A stretch of DNA of 64,000 bases from Octopus vulgaris (Eukaryota), in assembly GCA_951406725.2 (NCBI GenBank), contig OX597824.1, forward strand, positions 55,366,001 to 55,430,000. Reading direction: 5' to 3'. Positions 1 to 13,560 of this stretch are shown piece after piece (position 1 is the stretch's first letter; each line of letters opens with the position of its first letter). Made by a program: the position numbers and the translations under genes. The notes under the pieces are model-generated. The model was not told the DNA's origin. It searched no databases and saw nothing but the letters and a program-made list of their open reading frames with translations.

Positions 1-457
1 CTGCAATTCTTTTCATTTGCAATTCCTCACTGAAAATTTGTTGGTTGGATGCACCAATCATAGCAACAAGTTTGCCAATTCTTCAGTGATGGTCCTCCAA
101 GATCAGTTCATGAATTTTCATTATATTTTCATTTGTTCTGGAGGTCAATGGTCACCCTGAATAATGTAAGTCATTTAAAGTATGACAACTGTTTTGGCTG
201 CTGTGTTCCCCAGCAGAAAACAGAATTTCATAGAAGCATGCTGTTTCTTCATTTCAGCCATCACAAAAATCAATGAAAAAGAGAGAAGCACAGCAAAACA
301 AAGACACACCATGTGGCAGTACGACTTCACCCAATGATACTAGTAGGCAAACTGATGCCTGAGGATTGCATCAAGTAGCTTCTAGCAGCAGATGCCTGAA
401 CTACAACGGGCTTGTCCCACAGAGAATGTTTCGAGCTACTTTTGTGTACCCCTTCGT
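1..457 (-). mobile_element. mariner-like transposon 5' end (runs off the window edge)
   Basis: Minus strand begins TA-CGAAGGGGTACACAAAAGTAGCTCGAAAC, a mariner-like TIR. It continues into decayed transposase N-terminal-like sequence (DDHxPPEQMKI...ELILEDHH). Confidence 0.5.
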
Positions 458-1825
458 ATATACTTGGTGGACAGGAGGGAGTTTATGCAGAGATACAGTC
501 ATGGAGGGCATACAGGTATAGAATATTGTATTGCTTTCCATTAGTGTAACAATTGAACAAGATTGTAGTGGCTAATGTTACTGTATCAATCTTAGTAGTA
601 GTAGTAGACTAACATATTTTGTCATAGTTGAAGTTATTGCCAATCTTATTGTGGCTGAATGTCTGACTTTCCCTGTGGATGTAGTAAATCTCTGACTCAT
701 TTCTTTTATTAAGTAGCTATTGTTAACTTAGAATATGTGTTTATTAATAAAAGTTTAATAACGATAATCTTTTATTCATACGAACATAACTGATATGAAA
801 ATATGTCATAAATAACAGGGACAATTTCATATGACACCGGAAATAATTGTTGTTGACACATTACGGCAGAAATTGAATTCACCTCAATAGACGTCATTGA
901 TTGGTTGAAATTGCCGAAATGCAATAAATTAAAGACCAAATATCTTACAAACTACAGAATTTTCTCAAGAAAGCCAAGAGAAAAAGATGTTTTATAAACA
1001 CATTCTACCAGTATACGAAGTTTAAAAGTGTTTAGTTACAAAGAAATAATTTTAAAAATCTGCTGGTCAAAGCGAAAAGATCCGAGTTGGCACACTAGAG
1101 TTGGCACCATGGCATTTGGTAATTACAAGAGGAGTCCTGTTTTGAGGTGTCCCCAGAACAGTCTGTTTCCAAACCTGAGCTAATGCCAACATTATATTAT
1201 TAAGTTTGTACCTATTATAGGCAGCTATTCTGCTGGCCACATTGGGTGTGATTGAGTACAACTTAATCATATTTCCATTAGATATTCTATATTATCTATG
1301 TTGTGGCAGAAAGAACCTAGTATCTGGAAGATCTTTTGAGTATTAGTTTTCATACTATGACAGAAGAGTGAGCCATACCATATTACTTGCCTTCTTCTAT
1401 GTCTTTTCCTATTGCTAGGATGTATATTCTTCCCTGAAGGATTGTCTAGTGTTCTTGATTTCTTTCTAATGTGGCTAGGTTTGGAATTCTGAGACAATAT
1501 TAGTTTCATTTCAGAGTTGCACCCACTTTTCTTGTTTCACCCTTTCCCCATGCACAGGCTAGTGGGTTGATTAGTTGCTCTTGTGAGGCTTGGATTATCC
1601 TTAAAATAGGAAGTTTCCTATTGGTCTCATCGGTGTCCCTTAAGTGTCCTAGGGTTCCACCCCTACAATTAGATATAGTAGTTTTGAGAGGGATCTTGCT
1701 ACACTTCCTGGCTATTTTTACATTACTTCTGCATTTTTTGAAGACTCATTTAAGTTTAGTATTCATAATGAACTTAATCTTTTCACTGTAACTTCTACTG
1801 AGTGTCTCATGATATCTAACATAAC

Positions 1826-2990
1826 ACTGGTCAACAAAAAAAGATTTATTATCTGCTACCCAGTCAAATGGTGCTATGCTAATCTAAATTGAGTATGCTG
1901 ATTCTGAATCTGAACTCAGAATTGCTGTAGCGTGTCAGGATTTTGAGTTTTGCACATAATTATATATTAGTACTGTATATAGTAAATTTATGTTCAAGGC
2001 AAATAGTATTATAATATAATGGTATGTAGTATATTTATGTTAAGGGGATACTCACTTTATTTTTGATATGCTCAGCACAGAAATGTTTGAGACACTTGCC
2101 CTTGCGCTTATACATCGTGTAGGAACCAGCAGTAGTCACCCATCATGTGTGGATTGAACCAGCCTTGATACCTTGTTTTCATCTCAGATATATCCTGGTA
2201 GAACTGCTCATTCGTTGGAAAACATCGCGATGAGAATGCAAGAAATGCATTTTAAGGGACATTCAGCATCCCATTCTTTCATATGCTGTTAGCATGTTGT
2301 TTATTAAATCAGCATAGTTTTCAACTCTATGATTTCCAAGAAAGTTCTGTACAACTAACATGAATGAATGCAATGCTGTCAACTCAACTGGATTCAGTTT
2401 ACCTCTGAATTTGCAAACAGATATCAATTCTCTGATCTTGAGTCAAATGAAAATGCCTGCTTTCAGTCTTGTGTCACTTTTCTCTGCACCAAATTTTACT
2501 TTTAGGTACTGGAAGCCACAACAATTGTGTGCCGTTGCTTTTATGAAGTTTTTCGTGAGGCCAAGTTTGATGTGAAGGGGTGGAAGGGAGATCTTTTACG
2601 GGCCTACCAGTGGCATATGCTGCACATTGTACCAACCAACTATGTGCTTGTCTCTTTTTGGCCAGTCTTTTACAGTGTAATGATTACTGTCATCATGGCT
2701 GTTTCAAACACACAAGAAGCACATATTTTGGTATATCCCAGCTGCAGTCCTAGGATGAGGGAAATCACCTTTAAATCATCACAAATATTCTACTTGTGAA
2801 CTGAGTAATTAACTCCTTTCAGAAAGAGTTCCATTGATTCATAAGTTTCTTCCATACCGACATGACCCACAGGAATGGAAGGTTTTTCATTACCATTATG
2901 TGACAACACAGCTTTGAGGCTAACCTTACTCGAGTCTATAAACAGGTTTTCAAACCAATGCTTGACCTCTTCAGTACACTCCCACAAATA
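1826..2990 (-). mobile_element. Chapaev3/CMC-like DNA transposon, degenerate 3' part
   Basis: Terminus CACTGGTCAACAAAA at 1826. Minus-strand peptides: LFIDSSKVSLKAVLSHNGNEKPSIPVGH (ORF 2790..2987) and MSLKMHFLHSH...FYQDISEMKTRYQGWFNPHMMGDYCW (~2120-2262). Superfamily call is from recalled motif similarity. Confidence 0.6.
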
Positions 2991-3805
2991 TATGTCAACA
3001 TACTTCCCATGCTAGCATGGAAAATGGACGTTAAACGATGATGATGACGACGACGACAATACTTCCTAACTAGAGCAATTACTCCAATATTTTCTTACTG
3101 TTTCTACCTATGTAGATTTAGAGAGACTCGTTTGTCAATGGATGGTTTAATTAGAAAATTTGGCTTATAGTCTTTAAGAAGTGAGGACGTTTTGGAATTA
3201 TATGACTTCCTTCTGTTATCCACTCAGGCACTTAAAGTATTGGATCTAAAAGTATTAGAGTTCGCTTTATAACTTTTATACAATTCTTTAGAGATGAAAA
3301 TTTTATACAAATGGGGCTTCACAGTGTAGATGTTTCCAATTTTGTCAGATAGTACATGCTGTACTTCTTAATATTTTACATATTAATATTCTACATATTT
3401 CGTGATGTTCTGCAGAAATTCATTGTGAAATTTCCTAACTCTCTTTCAAAGTTCTCCAGTAGCTGGTTATTGGGTAGTATTTGTAGGTGTGTAAATTATA
3501 TACAGATTGATGCTTCTCAGATCATCAAACCAGCTTGTTTTGCTTTGTTCTGACATTGCATGATAGTTGTAAATGTGTCTCCCTGTAATACAAGTGGCGC
3601 CATTTGCTTCCAGTCTTCCATGGAAATATGTCTAATCATGGAGAAATATTACCTTGCTTGAAAACAAATAATGGTTGACAACACGACAGGCATCTGGGCA
3701 TGGAAAATCTGCTTCAACAAATTCTGTTTGACACATACAAGCATGCAAAATGAGCATTAAAATGATGACATACATACCTGAGATACAAGCATGCATATTT
3801 ATGCA

Positions 3806-3837
<32 letters not shown>

Positions 3838-3844
<7 letters not shown>

Positions 3845-4444
3845 ATTTGACATGGGTGATTCTTTCTTGTCTTCGGATTCACGGTCAAACGGCTGGGTGG
3901 AATTGCATGAAAAATTACATAGATATGTAGAATGATCCGGTGGTGTTGCTGGGCTTTGTACTTTTTCAAGGCTCCCATGGTTACCGAGATAATCTACTAT
4001 AATAATACTCTTGTGTTTATGAATGAGAAAGGAAGGGGTGATAGATGAATAAGGAAGGAAGGGGTGATGTCATACTTGGTAGTAGAATGATGAAAATTGT
4101 ATGCTGAAAAAATAAATCAAATAGCGTTTCAACTCAGTGTGAATATATGTGTGTGTGTATGTAAAAGGGGTGTATGTGAATGTGTGTGTGTGCATGTGCA
4201 TGCACAATGGAAGTGGGATGGCTCATCTTTGTTTGCTTAGTATTTGGGTTTATTTTTTAATTTGGTTGAATCTTGCTTGGTTTTTTTTTGTTGGTCAGTT
4301 ATTTTTAGCGTTTTGACAGAAAAAAGTCATTCTAAAATTGCTTTTTAATGTAAGCATGCCCAAACAAGTTGAATGCTTATACAGAGCATGTTTTACAGCC
4401 ACATCATCCAAACCGACCAGGTGAAACCGGGTTTAGCTGCTAGT
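3838..4444 (+). mobile_element. non-autonomous Helitron-like (HINE/DINE-type) element
   Basis: Ends in a GC hairpin plus CTAG (ccaggtgaaaccgggtttagctgCTAGt). Non-coding, with (TA)n flanks. Confidence 0.5.
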
Positions 4445-4580
4445 ATATATATGCATGTACAATGATATCTAACATGTTTGTGTATATTCAAACATGGGAA
4501 GAGATTTCACTGCAGAAATAGTCTTTGTAGAAATTACACATACACACACACACACATATGTAGATATATGTAATCATGTA

Positions 4581-5856
4581 TTGAGTTGTCCGGAAAGTTC
4601 GGGCCAATTTTTAAAGGAAAGAGAAAGGTCAATAAATTCTTGCCATTACATTTTTAATCAACCAAATATGAACCATTTTGTTGCACAATGCATCTCCATC
4701 TTTCCTTTAACTTGAAAATACCCTCTTCCCAGAATTGAGGTGGTTTCATGGCAAAGAATTCATCAAGGTATCTTTTTACGTCATCCAAGGAATTAAAATT
4801 TTTACCATTAAGACTACTCTGCAGAGACCTGAATAAGTGGAAATCCGAAGTAGCAATATCTAGTGAATATGGAGGGTGGGGTAACACATCCAGCCGAGCT
4901 GCAGCAATTTTTGTCTGGTTCCCAAAGAAACGTGCAGTTTTGCATTATCATGTTGGAAAACAACACTCTTCCTGTTGGTCAATTCTGCATGTTTCTCTTG
5001 AATTGCTGCTTTTAACTCGTCCAGTTATGTGCAGTATTTCTCAGAATTAATTGTCTGGTTACTTGGGAGATGCTCATAGTACAGAATTCCTTTCCAATCC
5101 CACCAGACACAAAGCAAGACTTTTTTAGGGTGAAGATCCGCTTTTGGGGTAGCCAAGGGTGGCTCATGTCGCTTACTCCAGGATCGCTTTCTCTGAACAT
5201 TTTGGTAGATAATCCATTTCTCATCACCTGTCACAATTTGCTTTAAAAAAGGCGCGTTTTCATTCCATTTATAAAGTGAATCACAGATGGAAATGCGATC
5301 CAAAAGGTTCTTCTCACTCAACTCATGTGGTACCCAAACATCATAGTGATTTGTGTATCCAAGCTTTACCAGGTGCTCATGAACAACAGATTTTGATAAG
5401 TTGAGGCTTTCTGCCAATTTTCGGGTTGTGCAATGTGGGTTATTTTCAATTAATGACTTGTTTTGGTCATCATCTGTAGTGGATGGTCTACCTGGTCGCT
5501 TTTTATCAATAAGGCTACAATCTCCAGTTCAGAACCTTGCGAACCACTTCCATACAGTTCTTTCGGATACAGAAACATCACCGTAAATTGTACATATTTC
5601 TTTGGTTGCTTGTGAGGCAGTTTTCCTTTTATGGAAAAAGAAAAGCATCTAGTGCTGAAAATGAACTTTCATATCTTCCATTTTAAAGGGTTACAGAATT
5701 AACACAGGAACATAAACCTTCTTCCATGAAAAGATACCTTAAACTCTGCTCTAAATGGAAGTGTAGTCAAATCCTATTTTATGGACTCAACCATGTTCTA
5801 AAATAAGTCGAAAGGTAAGCTACTATAAATCGACTCAAACTTTCCAGACAACCCAA
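4581..5856 (-). mobile_element. full-length mariner transposon (~1.28 kb), inactive
   Basis: TIRs ttgagttgtccggaaagtt (4581) and aactttccagacaacccaa (ending 5856), with TA at both sides. Confidence 0.93.
4654..5681 (-). pseudogene. mariner DD34D transposase pseudogene
   Basis: WVPHEL, IVTGDEKW and VLLCVWWDWKG (ORF 5025..5417); [16 protein letters not shown] (ORF 4654..4887). ATG at 5681, with an internal stop and frameshifts. Confidence 0.92.
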
Positions 5857-6356
5857 TATATATATACAACTTGTGTCATATGTCACAAACGTGTAAGACA
5901 ATATCTGGACTTAAAAGATTCCAAAGGGCAAAGATGTAGAAGAAACTTGTTTTACACCCTGTCAGTCAGCACCTCGTCTTAAAAGTTATCTGAATGCTAA
6001 TCAACAGAGGGACTGTTCTGTGTGATGGGATGTGGTGTGTGCGTTGATGGGACAGCTTTCATCTGTCACGATGAAGCAATCATCATAATCATCATCTATA
6101 TATATGTAGTTGTGTGTGTATATATATACATGTATATCTGTGTGTATATATATATATATGTGTGTGTGTGTGTTTATATATGTATGTATGTATATTGTAT
6201 GATATTCTCTAAGTTCATTTACAGGAAACGTTTTTGAGTATACATATGAAAGTTCCTATTTTATTATGTTGGCTATAACCTAATGATACCAACTTGCAAT
6301 AGCAGTTTTATGGGGTTGTATGGAGTTGTAGTGACATAATGTAAGATATAGTAATT

Positions 6357-9300
6357 ATAATAATAATCCATGGATTGAATTTATAAATATTTTAATGCAT
6401 TGCTACGTGCATTTCCACAAATTACATGTTTCTTACAATCGTAGTCCATATTCCTGGAATGATTGCAGTACGGTCTGTAGTATCCATAGACATTGAGTGG
6501 ATCATAATTCATGGGTTCATTTCCTCAGGCAATATCGCATTAATGTTGGAAGCAATGAGTGTATTACTGGAGGTTGTTTATCACAGTCACAGCATGATGA
6601 TGAGAATGGAAAGGGAGGAATGTGTGGTGATGTTAGACTTATTTTGATATTTTGGGATTCAAATATTAGGATGGGTAGTATAGTTCTTTTGTTTGATCAT
6701 AGTCTCAATAGGCATCTCGTCAATGAACTCAGATATAGTAGGGTCAGAAAGTACAGCCATTTTGCTGTTGAAGTTCATTGTCTTAGTTGACAAACGGTGT
6801 TCTCTTAAGGTGTCTTTTAATTACTTTTGGTGGTACAGTGTATTTTCCATATAGCATAGGAAAATAATGATTATTTTCTTTAGTTGGTTTATTTCTTTTG
6901 CTTTTATTCCATTAGATGCAAATGCCAGTTAGTGTTTTTCTGTTTCAAAATGTTCTTTTTGAATTCTAGGAAAGATGCCTTGCTTTTATGCTTACATGAT
7001 ATAATTGTTTCAGAATGTCTATTAATTATGTTTTCTCTGGATGTGAGTGGCTAGAAGCACTATAATAGAATGCAAAGGCAAACTTTGGACCCAGTCCAAC
7101 AGGGAAGATTCATTTGACATAATAATGGAGTCTAGTGATTCAGCACAAGTAATGGATATAGTAGAAATATATTTATCCCAATTGAATTTTGGTGGGAAGG
7201 GATTATACAGTGATGATGCATTATTTACAGTTCAAAAAGTAGTAACATAGAACTAGAAAGATGTAAGACAAAGCTTTTTAAAATTCTTTAAGAACTTTGG
7301 ACTGGAAATAGAAATAAATCATAGAATTGTAAAATTCGTGGACATGGAAAAGTTTGAACTGTTCCATAAGCCAAATGAAAACTTAAAATATGTGAGCCAC
7401 GGATGTAACCATCCAGAACATATACTTTGAAGCAACCTGAGAAGTGAGTCTAACAATATCCTGACTATCCACGGATGAACAGATTTTCAACATGCATGCC
7501 GAGTATTACATGTCAGCACTAGCTAGGGTGGGAAATAAGGATAGAATAGTATATGTACAGAATAAGACAGAGAAGGCTAAATACCCAGAGAGTATTTAGA
7601 GGTAATCCTGTAAATAACCACAGAATACCAAACCCTAAAAAAACAATATATGTAATAGGGATGAAAATGGAAAAATGGAACCACAACACTAAGGGTAGAA
7701 AGAAAAGGACCAATAAGCATAGACAGAAATAGTAAACAAATAGTAGAATCAGATAAACAAAATATTGTAACAAATCCATTAAATTTATTAAAAGAAATGG
7801 TAAAATAATAAGTGATGAGATTATTTGGTTTAACCCAATTTTCAATTCACAGATAAAGTCCAAAACAGGAATTTTTCTCAGTGTTAGACACTTGCTTCCC
7901 CAAATCTTCCAAATACTACAAAATCATCAACAAGCATAATGTGAAATTAGCATATGCAAATTCTCACAATCTAGAATATTACACACACAAATTAAATAGC
8001 ATAAAACTCAATACAATAAGACTAGAGGGGGCTTATGGAAAACTGCAGATCAAAACAAAATAAACAATGATGGAGTGGTTGCAATTAGAAATGATAAAAG
8101 CTCCTCCATAACAGAAATGGGTCCAGACAGTGTCATACAATTGGCATTGCAATCCATACCTAAGGAAAAAGAGCACACTGTTACAGGAGGAAGAACAAAT
8201 GTGAGCACTAATAATAACTCCATTTAGAGAACTGGAAAAGATAATATAACATATAACTACAAACAGAAAAATGAATGCAAGTTTAATAACAATGGCATGG
8301 TAAAGAATGCAGTTTACAAATATGAAGTGAAGATGGGTACACAAAAATACATGGTAATGGAGACACTATGAAAGATTGTCTGCATAACTATCTTATATCA
8401 TTTTCTAATGTAAACAAAAAGCATCCAACATCATCTAACCTCATCTGGAGGCTCAAACAGAATGGAGTGGAGCATACAACCAACTGGTTCATAATAAAAA
8501 CACTACACCATACAACAGAACATCGCAGGTGTGCAACTTATGCCTAGAAGAAACCCTGGAAAACATCACATCCAGAGAAAAAATTTCTGAAGTAATTATA
8601 TTGTGTAAGCATAAATGCAAGACATCATTCCTAGAATTAAAAAAAAACATTTTGAAACAGAAAACAGTAACTGGTATTTGAACAAAAGTAGAACAAATAA
8701 GCCAACTAAAGAAAATAACCATTTTTTTCCTATGCTCTATGGAAAATACATTGTACCACCAAAAGTAATTAAAAGATACCTTAAGAGAACACCATTTGTC
8801 AACTCAAGCAATGAACTTCAACAACAGAATAGCTGTACTTTCTGACCCTACTACATCTGAATTCATTGACGAGATGCCTATTGTGACTATGATCAAACCC
8901 AAGAACTATACTACCCATCCTAATATTTGAATCCAAAAATATCAAAATAAGTCCAACATCACCACACATTCCTCCCTTTCCATTCTCATCATCATTCCTT
9001 TTTCTTTCCATCACCTTCTACTCCTCCCCATGAGGTACTCATTAAACTATCTACATACCCCAATCAACCTTGTCATTGGTGAAAATTGATAAACAACCTT
9101 CAGTTACACATTTGTTGCTTCCAATGTTAATGAGGAAATGAACCCATGGTGTATGATCCACTTGATGTCCACGGATACTATGGACTGTGCTTTACTCATC
9201 CCAGGAATATAGATAATGATCATAAGAAACATGTAATTTGTGGAAACACACATATCAATGCATTAAAATATTTATAAATTTAATCCATGGATTATTATTA
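6357..9300 (+). mobile_element. Penelope-like element with inverted 5' pseudo-LTR copy
   Basis: 6357-7046 is the reverse complement of ~8566-9300. Between the arms are plus-strand PLE RT motifs (MESSDSAQVMDIV, GLYSDDAL), IWFNP, KYYKIINKHNVKLAY and a C-terminal CNLCLEE. Confidence 0.85.
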
Positions 9301-9315
9301 TTATTATTATTGTTG

Positions 9316-10713
9316 CCTTTGCACAGCTTCTAATGCTGGAGATGTACTGCGGTTTCAGCTGTTGACTACCAGTGAACTAAGATAACACCTCTTATTTTTT
9401 GAGCACCTTCCAGACTATTCAGGCAGTTCCAAGCTGTGCTGTTTTCTGCAAGAGCTCCACCCTTATTGCAGTCCCTATTTGTTCCACGTACTTCTCAAAA
9501 TTTTTACTCACTGTTTCCAGGGCTCCAACAATTATTGGTACTACTACTACCTTTTTCATTGATCACAACTACTTAACTTCCCTAGCTAACCTGTCATATC
9601 TCTCAACTTTTCTTTCTTCCTTATCACATACTTTGTTGTCAGCTGGGTATGCTATATCTATGATCCAGCATAGTTTGTTTTCTTTCTCAATTAAGGCTAT
9701 GTTTGGTTTCCTATTCTCTATCTCATGGTTGCACTGAATCATAAAATCCCTGAGAATCTTAGCATTTTTATTTTCAACGATGCCTTCGGGTTTTTGGCAA
9801 TTTTTTGCTGTCAAGTCCATATTTGTTGCAAAGTGTCCAATGGACGAGCCTGGCTATATTGTCATGGCATCTCTTATATTCCTTCTGGGCTAGTGGCATA
9901 CATTGGCTGTTATATGCCATACGGTTTCACTATTTTGTCCACAGATTCTGCACTTATCACTTTCTGTGTTGTCTATTCTGTATTTTATATAGTTTGTTCT
10001 TAGTGCTTGCTCTTGAACAGCACAGATTAGAGCCTCCGTTTCCAGTTTTAGATGACTTTTAGTCATCCACAGCCATCTTTCTTCTCCATCTGTCTTATCT
10101 TCAACATCCTTATGAAATTGACCATGCATTATTTTCTTTACCCACCTATTTTCAATTTCATTCGTTTTCAATTTCTTGTACTGTGCTTTATCTTTGCAAT
10201 TTTTCATCCTGCACAAGCCTGACCTTCTTACTTTTAATAATAGTGGTTCTGTGGCATTTTTCACATACCATGCTATGTTGTTTTCTTCTACTAATGCTGT
10301 GTTCACATCCAGTAAGTCCTCTTCCCCCTCTTTTTCTTGGTACATACAGTCTGTCTTTGTCACTTTCGGGGTGGAGAGTCCCATATCTAGTTAGCAACTT
10401 CCTTGTCTTTCTGTCTAAGCTGTTTAGTTTGTCTACTGTCCATGTGATTACCCCTGCTCCATATCTAAGGAATGACACTGCCCAGGTGTTGATACCTTCA
10501 ATCTTATTCCGTCTGTTTAATTTCGACTTATGGATCAGTCTCAGTCTGCACAAGCACTCCACCTTAAATTTTTCTGTCATTTCTTTCTCAAAATCCCCAA
10601 GTACTTATAGCCCGTCTCTTCTATCTGCTTCATAACCTCCCCTGATGGTATTGTTAGCCTGTCCATACATTTGATTTTGCCTCTCTTCAAAACTAACACA
10701 CCACACTCTCTTC
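9316..10713 (-). mobile_element. 5'-truncated R4/Dong-like non-LTR retrotransposon (RT thumb, CCHC knuckle, REL endonuclease)
   Basis: SKLNRRNKIEGINTWAV and LYVPRKRGGRGL; CRICGQNSETVWHITANVC knuckle; RKPNIALIEK..IIDIAYP..KVERY REL domain. Flanked by (TAA)/(CAA)-type repeats. Confidence 0.85.
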
Positions 10714-10812
10714 TGTTGTTGTTGTTGTTATTGTTGTTGTTGTTGTCGTTGTCGTCGTTGTTTGTATGTATGTATGTGTATACATGCATACATATACACA
10801 AACATACACATA

Positions 10813-12083
10813 TAAGGTGCATTCCAGAAGTTTTATGATTTTTTCAGGAAAGACATTTATTAATTTGAAAGAAATACAAAACTCTAATTTCCTTCAAAGT
10901 AGTATCCTTTCACTTGAATGCACTTGTTGCACCACTCCAACCACTTTGTGAAGGCCCCATGGTAGTCCTCCAAAGTGAATGTGTTCAGGAGCCTTGTCAT
11001 GGCCTCCTTCATCTTCCCAATGTCTTCAGAATGATTGCCTCTAGGATCCTTCTTCAGCTTGGGAATCAACCAAAAGTCACAGAGAGCAAGATCTGGACTC
11101 TAGTGAGGGTAAGAGACAGTTTTGATGCCAATCTCTGTCAAATAGTTGGTTACCAGGATGGAATTGTGGACTGGTGTAGGTACCACCGACCCATGTGAAA
11201 GAGCTCTGGACATTTGCAACAAAATCTCTTTCTGAACTTTCTCAAAACCTCAACAAAATACTCTTTGTTGACCACTTGGCCAGAGGGAATTCAATGGATA
11301 TTGATGATGCCCTTGCTGTCAAAAAAGAGAATCATCATGAACTTCCCAATTGACTTGCTTTGTCTGGCCTTCTTAGGTCTGGGGGAGCCGAGATGCTTCC
11401 AGTGGGCACTCTGTCTCCTGGTCTCTGGATTTTTATCACATGTCACCAGAGATTAAAGTATTCTTGGATTAGAGGCAATAGGCTCAACCATCTCCTTGCT
11501 GTCACCAATGTGTCTTTCTTTCTGTTTTTCATTGAGTACCCTGGGAACATACTTTGCATAGATTTTGTGCATGTTCAGATCTTCATGAATAATCATGTGT
11601 ACAGTTTCCACACCAGCTCCAAGTTGTATGCCTATCCAGAAAATTGTGAGTATTTTCAACCAGCTCTGATGTTCTGATGTCCTTCAACCTCCCACACCTT
11701 TCATTGCCACTTCGCTACCATCCCTGAACCTCTGGTGCCATTGTAAAACAGATGCTTGGCTCATATAAGCTAATCCATAAACAGTCTGGAATATTTCATA
11801 AATTTCTGTTGCATTTTAACACAAAACTTTAATGTGTAGTGAGCTTCCAAATTGTCTTCATGTTCCAACTGCATTCTGCAAACTAGTTAGTAGTGATAAG
11901 CAGTGCTTAGTAGGGTGTATTTAAAGTGTCGCTACAGCCATCTCCATCAACCTGGAATTTAAAAAATGTTGGCAAGTCAGCTTATTAAATGTATAATAAT
12001 GATATACTAAAATTACAATAATCTAAGAAAGTTACAACTGCCTCTCCTAAAAAAAGTTTTAAAACTTCTAGAATGCACCTTTG
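10813..12083 (-). mobile_element. mariner transposon, degenerate, full span
   Basis: TIRs aaggtgcattccagaagtttta and taaaacttctagaatgcacctt with TA flanks. Peptides include AKYVPRVL, YQDNSIL..SPDLALCDF, and KWLEWCNKCIQVKGYYFEG. Confidence 0.85.
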
Positions 12084-12477
12084 TATATACTATATATATT
12101 CAAACCAAAAACACACAGACAAATACATATAACCATTCTGTGATTGTTGTTAATTTCTAGAGTTTCTCGTCTGATTTTCCAAGCATATTGTTTTAATGTG
12201 TTTAAATTGCTTTGGCCATTAGGCTTCTCTTTTGTCTTGTCACTGCAATAATATATTTGCAGCCAACCAAAGTACCTTTCAACTGTATCAGTATTATGTG
12301 CAAGTTCTTCATTCTTCAGGTTTCATACTTTTGCTATTTGTTATTTGAGACATATTACCTGATATGACTTGATGTACATTTCATAGTCTTTTAATTTAGC
12401 TGATCATCATATTTTATTTGTGAATTCATTAAAGAAGCTTTGCTCATTTTTCCATAAACATGAATTTCTTTTCACAG

Positions 12478-12495
12478 CCTCAAGATCCAGTTAGG
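12478..12495 (+). other. candidate 18-nt host microexon (PQDPVR in frame 0)
   Basis: tttcttttcacAG|CCTCAAGATCCAGTTAGG|GTATGT: pyrimidine tract, AG acceptor and a consensus donor, in apparently unique sequence. Confidence 0.35.
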
Positions 12496-12931
12496 GTATG
12501 TAATTTCATTTCATTTCTCCATTGATACCCCACCACCACCACCACCACCACTCAAAAAATGGTGTTTGCATCCCTTTTATTTTAATTTTGTTTCCACTCA
12601 ATTGACCTGTAAAATGCTTGGTCTAAAAGCACTGTTGAAATATTACTAACTATTTGCTGTTAACAATGGGTTTTTTTGGCCAGTATTTTATGCATGTTAA
12701 AAAAATGTTTGCCTTGAATTATGGATTTTACCTATAAAAATTTATATGAGATCTTCAAATTGCTTTTGTATTTGCATGTGTGTAGGCATGCTAATGAATG
12801 TATATAATTTTTACATAAAGAAGAATGATGTGACTGACACCAAAGTGTCAGAAATGCTGATTCTTTCAATAAATATAAATATGCTATATTCTGAAATGAC
12901 TCTAATAATTTTGTGTACAGAAAATGGTTAA

Positions 12932-13560
12932 TATTGTGCTGAGTCAAAAGTTTTGAATTATTTTCATAATTTATTTGCTTTATTTGTCAAGTTACAACAA
13001 AAGCAGCCTAGCATTCAAAGTAGAGGCCATCATGTTGTGCTGTCTGAAGCCACCTTTCTGCCTGTTGTTTGATCCCTTGCTTGATCCCAGTTCTTGTACT
13101 CCTTTCTGCCTGTTGTTTGATCCCAGTTCTTGTGCTCCCACCTCCTCTTGGTTGATGAGGTGTTGTGAATGCAGGAAGTGAGCCATGGATCAGAACAAGT
13201 AATAATCCAAATGCGCTAGGTCTGGACTATATGCTGAGTGTGGCATCTGTTTGATTCCCTCAAGTTTCTGGAGTTTATTTTGGGTCATTTGAGTGGTATG
13301 AGGTCATGCATTGTCTTGCTGCAGAAGAGCTTGCTTTCTGTTAACCGATGCTGGGTATTTTTGCTGCACAATGGCATGCATCCGCCCCAGCTATTAGGAG
13401 TACAGCTTGGCATTGAAGGTTTGAACATCCAGAACAAAGCTGTAGTGAATTATCTCCCTATTACTCCACCAGATGCAGAACACCACATTGTGTGTGAAAT
13501 GCCTATCTTTGGTTTTGGAAGTTGACCCTTGCTTAACCACTGTTTATGCACATTTGGATT
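12932..13560 (-). mobile_element. mariner 3' fragment
   Basis: TIR-like tattgtgctgagtcaaaagtt. Minus-strand LLQQDNA..HSAYSPDLAHLDYYLF..MAHFL. Contains a small internal duplication at ~13050-13130. Confidence 0.8.

Noticed and set aside
756-1800. Probable old repeats
   Set aside because: No diagnostic motifs or termini that I could support.
4581-5856. SETMAR-like domesticated gene
   Set aside because: It has TIRs, stops and frameshifts, and no SET domain, so it is an ordinary dead mariner.
6420-6535. Possible hammerhead (CUGAGGA...GAAACAUGUA, minus strand; twin near 9130-9240)
   Set aside because: Helices I and II could not be paired convincingly.
12975-13186. Repeat-containing ORFs resembling a host exon
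   Set aside because: They are the mariner transposase C-terminus with a local duplication.
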